From Clostridia bacterium (lineage in GTDB: Bacteria; Bacillota; Clostridia; UMGS1810): 64,000 bases of DNA. The first letter of the stretch is position 1. Each line of letters starts with the position of its first letter. The translations under genes and the position numbers were made by a program. The stretch covers positions 52,025 to 116,024 of the forward strand of contig JAFVUE010000003.1 of NCBI GenBank assembly GCA_017502845.1, read 5' to 3'. The notes under the pieces are model-generated. The model made no database searches, had not been told where the DNA came from, and saw only the letters and a program-made list of their open reading frames with translations. Shown here piece by piece: positions 36,483 to 43,768 of the stretch.

Positions 36483-39191
36483 TTACTCAATAACTGCGAT
36501 ATTCTTCAATGTATCCCAGTTCCATACGAACACTTTGTCTATGCCTTCCATTTCAAAGCCGAATGCTTTGTAAGAAGATTCCGCTGTTACATCTTCGTAT
36601 TTCTGCATCTCGATTTCACCGGATGCTGCACGTGCGATAACAGCGATTGTCATAACCGCATCTTCAGCAAGACCGAGGTTTGCAGGAATGATACCGAGTG
36701 TAGCACCTTCTGCTGTGATAGCAGCATTGATAATTGCTTCTGTGGGAGCATCGCCAACGCCATAACTTACCACTTTCCAGTTATCAAAGTTTGCTGTTAT
36801 ACGTTTGCTGTATGTCCAGTTACCTGTTGCCGCCTCTGTATCAGCTGCATACTGACGTGCGTTGATTACGTGAGGCCAGAGGAACTCTGTAACATCTGTT
36901 GTAGATGTTTTGTAAGTACCTAATGAACCCTGAGCAACGAGAACATCGTCTACAAGGAGATATATCTCATCTTCTACAATATCAATAATTGCACGGTAGT
37001 TATGCCACTCACCGGGGTTAACATCAACTACTGTGGGAACAGCAGTTGTGCCATTAAATGTGTTAGCATAAACTTTACCCTGGTTATTTATACCGAAGAG
37101 TGTTTTTGTACCTCTGAGACCTGAATAGTCGCTGTCCCATACGAGCTGAGTATCCATAATGTTCCACTCTGCCCATCTCCACTCATTCTTAATGTCTTCA
37201 GAAGATGTGATAACTGTTGTCTTTTCAAGTACACCTGTTGTAACAGTTGTAGTTTCAATCTTTTCTGCACGGTAATCAATGCTCATATCAAAGAAACGAT
37301 CAACAGTTGCGCTTCCTGTGTCGCCACTGCGGTAACTTGATACGAATACAGGACCTGCACCGTCTTTTCTTGCAGCAGAGGGGTTTGTTGTGTATACAGG
37401 GTCTGCATATTTACTACCCCATGATGTGATTGTGAAGTACTTATCATCTGTACCTGCTACATTAACTTTGTTTGAAGCACCTGCTACTGATTTATATGCT
37501 GCATAATCAGTATGTGTAAAGTATTCTGTTGAACCGATACCTACAGCAGCAAAGAGTGCATTATACCCTCTCAATGTGTCTCCGGAAGATGCGCTGTATT
37601 CAGCATATGTGGGGAAATCAGTTGCAGCATTGAAATCATGTCTTGTTGTTACATCGCCCTCGGGAGCAAATGCATAATATGCCCACTCATCTGATTTAAC
37701 TTCATTGCCGTCGCTGTCTACAACAATATTGCCGTCAGCATCTACCATAGCAACATAAATGCTTGTGTAACCTGCCGCCAGAGGAGTATTGTAATTGTAT
37801 GTAACGCCTGTAGCAGTAAGGTCGCATCTTACGCCATTTACAAATGCAGCAACTGCACCGCCTGCAGGAATATTTGCTGCAACTGCAGAAAGCTGAAGTT
37901 TTGAACCGGCGGGAAGAACTTCTGCTGTAGTACCGTTAGTTACTTCAACAGTGGGCTCAGTAGAAGCAAAGCCGTTTGCATAAACATCTACAATAAAGTC
38001 ATCTGCAGAAGCGTATGCAACAACATCTGTGCTGTTGTAAGGTCTTAAGTTTTTAATATAAGGCCATGTTGCTGCTCTGGGTTCAACGAGAAGTGTCTGA
38101 CCTTCTTTTTCATGACCTGTTGCATATTTAACACCTGCAAGGTGGCCTGAAGCAACAAAGATATCATTGATATAACCGTAAACTGTATCGTTGGGGATAT
38201 CAATTATAACTTTGTAATTGTTCCATCCGGCATTGAAGTTGTCAATAAGAACTGTTTTTGCAGAACCGTCTGCATTGTATGCAGTAAACTGGGGTTTACC
38301 CTGTGTAAGGTTAAGTGTCCAGTATGAGAATCCAACTCTTTCTTCGCCTGTATCGTTACCGTTATCATAGTCAGTCGGATCGGAGAAAAGATACTGAACT
38401 GTAAGCACCTGACAGTCAGCGAGAGTTGCAGTGCCATTATCAGCAGTTCTTGCTGCTTTGATCTCATCAGGAGTTGTCATAGTAAATGTCTGTGTTGTAG
38501 CACCTGTTTCGGGATCAATAACATCTACCTTATCAAAACGATAGTCAACGCTGATTTCAGCAACATTGTTAAGTTTTCCGGAGTCTACTGCTGATGCGAG
38601 CTGTGTACCGCCGCCGTTTACTACTTTTGTGTAGCCCTCGCCTGTATGGGGGTCAGAAGCAGCAGTACCCCATGTGAAGATGGAAAGGTACTGATTACCT
38701 TCTTCGTTTGCAATAGCAACTCTGGGAGATGTAATATTGAGGTTGCCATCGTACCACGCTTTGTTCATACCAAAATCGTAGTAACCTAATTTGTTACCAA
38801 CTTCTCCTGTGGTATCCGTTTCCCATGTTGTTTCCTGTGTGCGTTCTGCTTCGCCCATATAAGAAACGCCAAACACTTTTATTGTTTCTGTCTGTGCTAC
38901 AACTGCATCGCCGTTCTTAACTGCAACGGAGATAGAGTTATCACCTGCAGGAACTGTTACTGCATAGTAACCGTCTGTGAGAACAAGCGTTCTCTCAGAG
39001 CCGTTGATTGTAGCAACAACTGTATTACCCTCGGCAACATCGCCTGTGTTTACGATGATCTTGGAACCAGCGGGAAGTTTTGCAAGATACTCACCGAAAG
39101 TAATAACTTCAGGTGTATCAGCAAAAGCAACAGTTGCCATGGAACTCATTATGAGTAATGAGCAGAGTAATAATGACAATACTTTTTTCAT
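36483..39191 (-). CDS. Secreted (Ig-like + LamG-like)x2 protein, largest paralog of the cassette family
   Basis: Signal peptide MKKVLSLLLCSLLIMSSMATVAFA. Cores GWNNYKVIIDIPNDTVYGYINDIFVASG and GEWHNYRAIIDIVEDEIYLLVDDVLVAQGS. C-terminus ...DKVFVWNWDTLKNIAVIE. Confidence 0.75.
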   Translation of the reverse strand: MKKVLSLLLCSLLIMSSMATVAFADTPEVITFGEYLAKLPAGSKIIVNTGDVAEGNTVVATINGSERTLVLTDGYYAVTVPAGDNSISVAVKNGDAVVAQTETIKVFGVSYMGEAERTQETTWETDTTGEVGNKLGYYDFGMNKAWYDGNLNITSPRVAIANEEGNQYLSIFTWGTAASDPHTGEGYTKVVNGGGTQLASAVDSGKLNNVAEISVDYRFDKVDVIDPETGATTQTFTMTTPDEIKAARTADNGTATLADCQVLTVQYLFSDPTDYDNGNDTGEERVGFSYWTLNLTQGKPQFTAYNADGSAKTVLIDNFNAGWNNYKVIIDIPNDTVYGYINDIFVASGHLAGVKYATGHEKEGQTLLVEPRAATWPYIKNLRPYNSTDVVAYASADDFIVDVYANGFASTEPTVEVTNGTTAEVLPAGSKLQLSAVAANIPAGGAVAAFVNGVRCDLTATGVTYNYNTPLAAGYTSIYVAMVDADGNIVVDSDGNEVKSDEWAYYAFAPEGDVTTRHDFNAATDFPTYAEYSASSGDTLRGYNALFAAVGIGSTEYFTHTDYAAYKSVAGASNKVNVAGTDDKYFTITSWGSKYADPVYTTNPSAARKDGAGPVFVSSYRSGDTGSATVDRFFDMSIDYRAEKIETTTVTTGVLEKTTVITSSEDIKNEWRWAEWNIMDTQLVWDSDYSGLRGTKTLFGINNQGKVYANTFNGTTAVPTVVDVNPGEWHNYRAIIDIVEDEIYLLVDDVLVAQGSLGTYKTSTTDVTEFLWPHVINARQYAADTEAATGNWTYSKRITANFDNWKVVSYGVGDAPTEAIINAAITAEGATLGIIPANLGLAEDAVMTIAVIARAASGEIEMQKYEDVTAESSYKAFGFEMEGIDKVFVWNWDTLKNIAVIE

Positions 39192-39258
39192 TTCTTTCCA
39201 TACCCTTTCGTAAAAAATATAATGTCTTTAAGCACAAAAATGCTTATATCATAGTTCT

Positions 39259-39288
39259 ATTTTACACCTATATAACAGTGGGTGTCAA
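39259..39288 (-). promoter_or_regulatory. Candidate promoter of the 36483-39191 gene (TTGACA-18-TAAAAT)
   Basis: Minus-strand reading; -35 at 39283-39288, -10 at 39259-39264. Confidence 0.45.
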
Positions 39289-39453
39289 CGATAAAAAGAT
39301 ACCTCTGTAATCATTTTGTAACATTGCTCAAAATTGAGATTTTAATATATACAATTTGTACAAAATCGGGTTGTCGTTTTTTGTAAAATTCATAGCCGGA
39401 TGTGATAATATTTCATATGTCGTTCCTCGCAGGTAATGCAGTGCAAACCTAAC

Positions 39454-39811
39454 GGAACGTCGACAAGCGCCGTTCCCTACGATTCCCCCTATTTGAGTTA
39501 GTGCACATTGTAGGGTGTGGCGGTTCCCGACACACCGCAAAGATTTCCTTGCAGATAATGTTGTGCGAACATAACGGGACATTCGTAAATGTCCCCTACG
39601 GTTAAACAATGTTAGTGTAAACAATCACAATCCCTCCGCCACCTTACGGTGGTCCCCCTCTCCGACTTTGCATGTATAAGTTCCACCATGCCAAATCAAA
39701 GATTTGGGGTGTCACTTACCTCTACACGAGGGAGGCATACAGTTGAGCATAGGTGGTGCGGATATAACAGAACGGATACCCATACTGGGCACGCGTAAAT
39801 CCGTTCCCTAC
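39454..39811. repeat. GTAGGG-anchored hairpin array 7 (4 units) plus a block of other GC palindromes (39630-39769)
   Basis: Units at 39454-39480 (inverted), 39510-39542, 39576-39599 (inverted) and 39770-39811 (inverted, long loop). Confidence 0.8.
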
Positions 39812-39822
39812 AGTTGAACGTA

Positions 39823-39857
39823 CAAAAAAGACCTACCGCAAATCAATGCGGTAGGCC
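39823..39857 (-). terminator. Rho-independent terminator after rplL
   Basis: Stem cctaccgc / gcggtagg with a 7-nt loop, followed by TTTTTT on the minus strand. Confidence 0.8.
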
Positions 39858-39880
39858 TTAATTTTTTTAGGAAAATGTGA

Positions 39881-40249
39881 TTATTTAAGCTCAACAGTTG
39901 CGCCTGCTTCTTCGAGAGCTGCCTTAAGTTTTTCAGCATCTTCTTTAGCAACGCCTTCTTTAACTGTGCTGGGAGCACCATCAACGAGGTCCTTAGCTTC
40001 TTTGAGGCCGAGACCTGTAAGCTCTCTAACAGCTTTAACAACCTTAAGCTTAGCATCGCCAGCGCTAGCGAGTACTACTGTGAAGTCTGTTTTCTCTTCA
40101 GCAGCAGCGCCACCCTCAGCAGCAACGCCCATAACAGCTACAGGAGCAGCTGCGCTTACACCGAACTCTTCTTCCATAGCTTTTACGAGTTCAGCAACTT
40201 CTAACAATTTAAGTTCTTTAATTTCTGCAATGATTGATTCAATACTCAT
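39881..40249 (-). CDS. rplL: 50S ribosomal protein L7/L12
   Basis: [36 protein letters not shown]...[41 protein letters not shown]. Confidence 0.95.
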   Translation of the reverse strand: MSIESIIAEIKELKLLEVAELVKAMEEEFGVSAAAPVAVMGVAAEGGAAAEEKTDFTVVLASAGDAKLKVVKAVRELTGLGLKEAKDLVDGAPSTVKEGVAKEDAEKLKAALEEAGATVELK

Positions 40250-40283
40250 TTTAGTTTACCTCCTATTTGGAATTTAATAAAAA

Positions 40284-40943
40284 TTATTCTTCTGTTGTTT
40301 CTGCAGCTTCTTCAGCGGCAGGTGCTTCTGCAGCAGCTTCCTCAACTACGGGAGCTTCTTCAGCAGCGGGTGCAACTTCTTCTGCGGGTGCAGCTTCAGC
40401 AGCGGGTGCAGCTTCAGCAGTGGGAGCATCAATCTTAATATCAGCGGGTTCTACGCCGTTATCGATAAGTGCCTGTAATGTACGTACCAACTTGGATACG
40501 GGTGCGTTCAAGCTGCCCATGATCTTAGCGATAAGAACTTCTCTGGAGGGAGTATTAGCCAGAGTTTTAATCTCGTCTAAGCTAATTACTTTACCATCTA
40601 AGAAACCTGCTTTGATCTCAACCTTGTCGTTACCTTTTGCAAAATCAGCAATGATTTTTGCAGGAGCAACGGGGTCAGAATCACTGATAGCCAATGATGT
40701 GGGGCCGTGAAGCGCGCCGTCCAGCTCGTCAAGACCAACTTCCTTAGCAGCAAATCTTGTGAGAGTGTTCTTTACAACTGTGTATTCAACACCTGCCTCA
40801 CGGAACTTCCTGCGGAGTTCTGTATCTTCACCAACTGTCAAGCCACGGTAGTCAACAAGTACACCGGCCTGTGCTGATTTCAATTTCTCGATCAGTTCGG
40901 CAACTGTAACCTTTTTCTGTTCTAAAACTTTTGCGCTTGGCAT
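40284..40943 (-). CDS. rplJ: 50S ribosomal protein L10 with a ~54-aa acidic Ala/Glu/Pro-rich C-terminal extension
   Basis: MPSAKVLEQKKVTVAELIEKLKSAQAGVLVDYRGLTVGEDTELRRKFREAGVEYTVVKNTL.... The start is moved to ATG 40943 (GGAGGTG RBS). The tail is PTAEAAPAAEAAPAEEVAPAAEEAPVVEEAAAEAPAAEEAAETTEE. Confidence 0.9.
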   Translation of the reverse strand: MPSAKVLEQKKVTVAELIEKLKSAQAGVLVDYRGLTVGEDTELRRKFREAGVEYTVVKNTLTRFAAKEVGLDELDGALHGPTSLAISDSDPVAPAKIIADFAKGNDKVEIKAGFLDGKVISLDEIKTLANTPSREVLIAKIMGSLNAPVSKLVRTLQALIDNGVEPADIKIDAPTAEAAPAAEAAPAEEVAPAAEEAPVVEEAAAEAPAAEEAAETTEE

Positions 40944-41151
40944 GTAATCACCTCCTAAAAATTCATGAATGGTGAGAAACCTCACCGGGCGAACAAGCAT
41001 ATCCGCCTCATCCAAAGAAACGAAAAAAGGGTTCCAATGCGAAAGACACACAGGAACCCATAAAAAATCATACTAAAAAATATGGTTAAGTTCCTCGGCA
41101 GGATTTACTTTAAGTATTACTTAACACCTGCTGTCTTTGGACAACGTATAT
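40944..41151 (-). promoter_or_regulatory. rplJ 5' leader (ribosomal protein L10 leader-like) containing an intrinsic attenuator
   Basis: A ~200-nt untranslated leader lies between the internal promoter and rplJ. It contains the hairpin gggttcc...ggaaccc plus TTTTTT at 41033-41069. Assignment to the L10-leader family rests on position and architecture only. Confidence 0.5.
41033..41069 (-). terminator. Leader attenuator (intrinsic terminator) upstream of rplJ
   Basis: Minus strand reads GGGTTCC tgtgtgtctttcgcatt GGAACCC TTTTTT. Confidence 0.55.
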
Positions 41152-41180
41152 ACTGTATCATAAATTTTTTTGCTTGTCAA
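41152..41180 (-). promoter_or_regulatory. Candidate internal promoter for rplJ-rplL (TTGACA-17-TACAGT)
   Basis: Minus-strand reading; -35 at 41175-41180, -10 at 41152-41157, just downstream of the rplA stop. Confidence 0.45.
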
Positions 41181-41205
41181 GATAAAATTGTACTTTCAGC
41201 AAAAA

Positions 41206-41898
41206 TTATGAAAGTTTACCGGGGTTGAGTTTGATACCGGGGCCCATTGTAGAAGCAACGGCAACACTCTTAAGATACTGACCTTTTGCAGCAGCGGGTT
41301 TTGCTTTGATGATAGCGCCCATAAGTGCATTGAAGTTGTCAGCGAGTTTCTCGGGACCAAATGATTTCTTGCCGATGGGGCAGTGAATGATGTTGGTCTT
41401 GTCGAGACGGTATTCAATTTTACCTGCTTTGATGTCAGCGATAGCTTTAGCAACATCGGGAGTAACTGTACCGGCTTTGGGGTTAGGCATAAGACCTTTA
41501 GGACCGAGCACTCTACCGATACGGCCAACGAGACCCATCATATCGGGTGTAGCTACTACTACATCAAAATCGAACCAGTTTTCATTCTGGATTTTTGCAA
41601 CCAGCTCTTCGCCACCTGCATAATCAGCACCTGCATCTTCAGCGATTTTAACATTGTCGCCTTTGCAGAATACCAATACACGAACGGTTTTACCTGTACC
41701 GTGGGGCAATACGATAGCGCCACGAACCTGCTGGTCTGCGTGTCTTGAGTCAACACCGAGTTTTACGTGAACTTCGATTGTTTCGTCAAATTTTGCCTTA
41801 GCTGTCTTGACTGCAAGGTCAAGAGCTTCGTCCAGATCGTAAAGCTTTGATTTCTCAATAAGCTTTGCGCTGTCTAAATAATTCTTTCCTTTACGCAA
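41206..41898 (-). CDS. rplA: 50S ribosomal protein L1
   Basis: (L/M)[59 protein letters not shown].... TTG start at 41898, 8 nt after AGGAGG; the ORF-track start 41955 is rejected. Confidence 0.9.
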   Translation of the reverse strand: MRKGKNYLDSAKLIEKSKLYDLDEALDLAVKTAKAKFDETIEVHVKLGVDSRHADQQVRGAIVLPHGTGKTVRVLVFCKGDNVKIAEDAGADYAGGEELVAKIQNENWFDFDVVVATPDMMGLVGRIGRVLGPKGLMPNPKAGTVTPDVAKAIADIKAGKIEYRLDKTNIIHCPIGKKSFGPEKLADNFNALMGAIIKAKPAAAKGQYLKSVAVASTMGPGIKLNPGKLS

Positions 41899-42000
41899 TT
41901 TTATTTCCTCCTTTGTGGTTACACGGAATTCCCTTATATTTGAAATCCCTCCCACGAATTTACCTTACACTCCTTATGGGCGTAAGGGCCCTTCAAATGA

Positions 42001-42426
42001 TTAGTCCTCTACAACTACGCCCATGCTTCTTGCAGTACCTGCGATCATGCTCATTGCAGATTCGATACTTGCAGCGTTGAGGTCAGGCATTTTGAGCTCA
42101 GCGATTTCTTTCACTGCGTCTTTGCTGATTGTAGCGACTTTTGTCTTGTTCGGAACGCCCGAACCGCTCTGGATCTTACAAGCTTTCTTAATCAATACAG
42201 CTGCGGGGGGAGTCTTTGTGATGAAAGAGAAAGATCTGTCCTGATATACTGTGATAACTACAGGAATAACAAGACCTGCATCCTTCTGAGTTTTCTCGTT
42301 GAACTCTTTGCAGAACTGCATGATGTTAACACCGTGCTGACCTAATGCGGGACCAACAGGGGGGGCAGGAGTAGCTTTACCTGCTTCGATCTGAAGCTTA
42401 ATGTAACCCATTACTTTCTGTGCCAT
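42001..42426 (-). CDS. rplK: 50S ribosomal protein L11
   Basis: [46 protein letters not shown]...; start at ATG 42426. Confidence 0.95.
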   Translation of the reverse strand: MAQKVMGYIKLQIEAGKATPAPPVGPALGQHGVNIMQFCKEFNEKTQKDAGLVIPVVITVYQDRSFSFITKTPPAAVLIKKACKIQSGSGVPNKTKVATISKDAVKEIAELKMPDLNAASIESAMSMIAGTARSMGVVVED

Positions 42427-42509
42427 TTGGAAACACCTCCTTAATAACAAGATGTGGTCATACAGACGCTAAATACGTCCTCCCACTATAACAAACGGAA
42501 AACCGCTTA

Positions 42510-43028
42510 TTAAACTAATTTGATGAATACAGGATCAACCTCAACGGCTGTAACCTGACCGAACACATTAAGAGAAACCTTAACGGTCTTGTGTTCTTCG
42601 TCAATCTCGACAATATTGCCGACCTGACCTTCAAATGCACCGCCTGAAATTTTGACGGTGTCGCCGATGTTGAATTCGGACTTGCTCTCCTCGGAAATGA
42701 GGCCCATTGAAGCAACTTCTGCTTCTGTAAGGGGAATGGGCTTGGTTGTAGTGCCAACAAAACCTGTGATACCGGTTGTATTACGAACTACGTACCATGT
42801 GTCGTCGGTCATAACCATCTTAATCAGAACATAGCCGGGGAAAATCTTTCTGGTAACGATTTTTTCTTTACCGTTCTTTTCCTCCACAACATCTTCTGTG
42901 GGCACCAGCACCTCCAAGATAAAATCTTCAAGATGGCGGTTCTCCACGATTTTTTCTATGTTTGTCTTAACCTTATTCTCATAGCCGGAATAGGTGTGCA
43001 CAACATACCATTTCGCGTTATTAGCCAT
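42510..43028 (-). CDS. nusG: Transcription termination/antitermination factor NusG
   Basis: 172 aa, WYVVHTYSGYENKVKTNIEK...FPGYVLIKM...KOW region GDTVKISGGAFEGQVGNIVEID, in the secE-nusG-rplK context. Confidence 0.95.
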   Translation of the reverse strand: MANNAKWYVVHTYSGYENKVKTNIEKIVENRHLEDFILEVLVPTEDVVEEKNGKEKIVTRKIFPGYVLIKMVMTDDTWYVVRNTTGITGFVGTTTKPIPLTEAEVASMGLISEESKSEFNIGDTVKISGGAFEGQVGNIVEIDEEHKTVKVSLNVFGQVTAVEVDPVFIKLV

Positions 43029-43062
43029 ATTATGAAGTTCTCCTCTCCGTTTTCAGCCGGTA

Positions 43063-43287
43063 TTATTTCTTGATCAACTGCAACAAACCGAACTGGAACA
43101 CAGCATCGAGTATCCAGATAATGATACCGATGATGAGAACTGCGGCGATAACAACCAAAGTGTTGTTGACAATCTGCTTACGTGAGGGCCATACAACCTT
43201 CTTCATCTCAGATTTAACTTCTCTGAAATATCTTGCAATTGCTTTGAAGGGATTCTTGCTCTTCTTGTTTGCATTTGCTTCTGCCAT
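43063..43287 (-). CDS. secE: Preprotein translocase subunit SecE
   Basis: MAEANANKKSKNPFKAIARYFREVKSEMKKVVWPSRKQIVNNTLVVIAAVLIIGIIIWILD. The start is moved to ATG 43287 (GAGAGGTG RBS). Confidence 0.9.
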   Translation of the reverse strand: MAEANANKKSKNPFKAIARYFREVKSEMKKVVWPSRKQIVNNTLVVIAAVLIIGIIIWILDAVFQFGLLQLIKK

Positions 43288-43362
43288 ACTGTTCACCTCT
43301 CTAACAATCTTGCCTACCTTATATATAAAGGTAAGTTTGTAAAACAACAAGCACCGGGCTCA

Positions 43363-43512
43363 TTATTTTGTTTCTTTGTGCATTGTGTGTTCACGACAGA
43401 AACGGCAATATTTGTTCATTTCAAGTCTGTCGGGATTGTTTTTCTTATTCTTCATAGTGTCATAGTTTCTCTGTTTGCATTTGCTGCAAGCCAATGTAAT
43501 CTTTACTCTCAT
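43363..43512 (-). CDS. rpmG: 50S ribosomal protein L33 (49 aa; below the ORF-track length cutoff)
   Basis: Own translation gives [49 protein letters not shown]. It has a GGAGG RBS 9 nt upstream and CxxC...CxxC. Confidence 0.9.
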   Translation of the reverse strand: MRVKITLACSKCKQRNYDTMKNKKNNPDRLEMNKYCRFCREHTMHKETK

Positions 43513-43556
43513 CGCTGTGCACCTCCTTAAGTAACTCATAGCATATATTACGTATT

Positions 43557-43584
43557 AGTATATATCACTACATATTTTTTGCAA
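43557..43584 (-). promoter_or_regulatory. Candidate promoter for rpmG-secE-nusG (TTGCAA-16-TATACT)
   Basis: Minus-strand reading; -35 at 43579-43584, -10 at 43557-43562. Confidence 0.4.
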
Positions 43585-43682
43585 CACAAAAAAAACCGAT
43601 ACTCGGCTCATATACTATAGCACACCTAAAAGGCGTTGTCAAGCATTATTTTCAAAAAAATTACGGTTTATTATAATAATGG

Positions 43683-43711
43683 TTGATTTTTTAGAATCTT
43701 TGTGATAGAAT
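43683..43711 (+). promoter_or_regulatory. Candidate promoter for citrate synthase (TTGATT-17-TGaTAGAAT, extended -10)
   Basis: TTGATT at 43683-43688 and TAGAAT at 43706-43711, preceded by TGa. Confidence 0.5.
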
Positions 43712-43768
43712 AATGACTTAATAAACCCTGTTAAAAAATTTACATTATATATAAAGGAATGATTTATT

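Noticed and set aside
21152-39191. Diversity-generating retroelement or invertible-promoter (shufflon-type) control of the LamG paralogs
   Set aside because: The window has no reverse transcriptase, recombinase or integrase gene. Differences between paralog 3' ends are not adenine-specific. I saw no inverted repeats flanking the predicted promoters.
39600-39780. Structured housekeeping RNA (SRP RNA, 6S, RNase P) in the gap after rplL
   Set aside because: I could not recognise any conserved motifs of these families (for example the SRP domain IV GNAR tetraloop context). The segment looks like stacked short palindromes. A covariance-model scan would be needed to settle it.
41899-42000. L1-binding regulatory structure in the 100-nt rplK-rplA spacer
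   Set aside because: A hairpin (cttacgcccataag) is present. I cannot demonstrate the 23S-mimic motif from sequence alone, so it is not reported as a feature.
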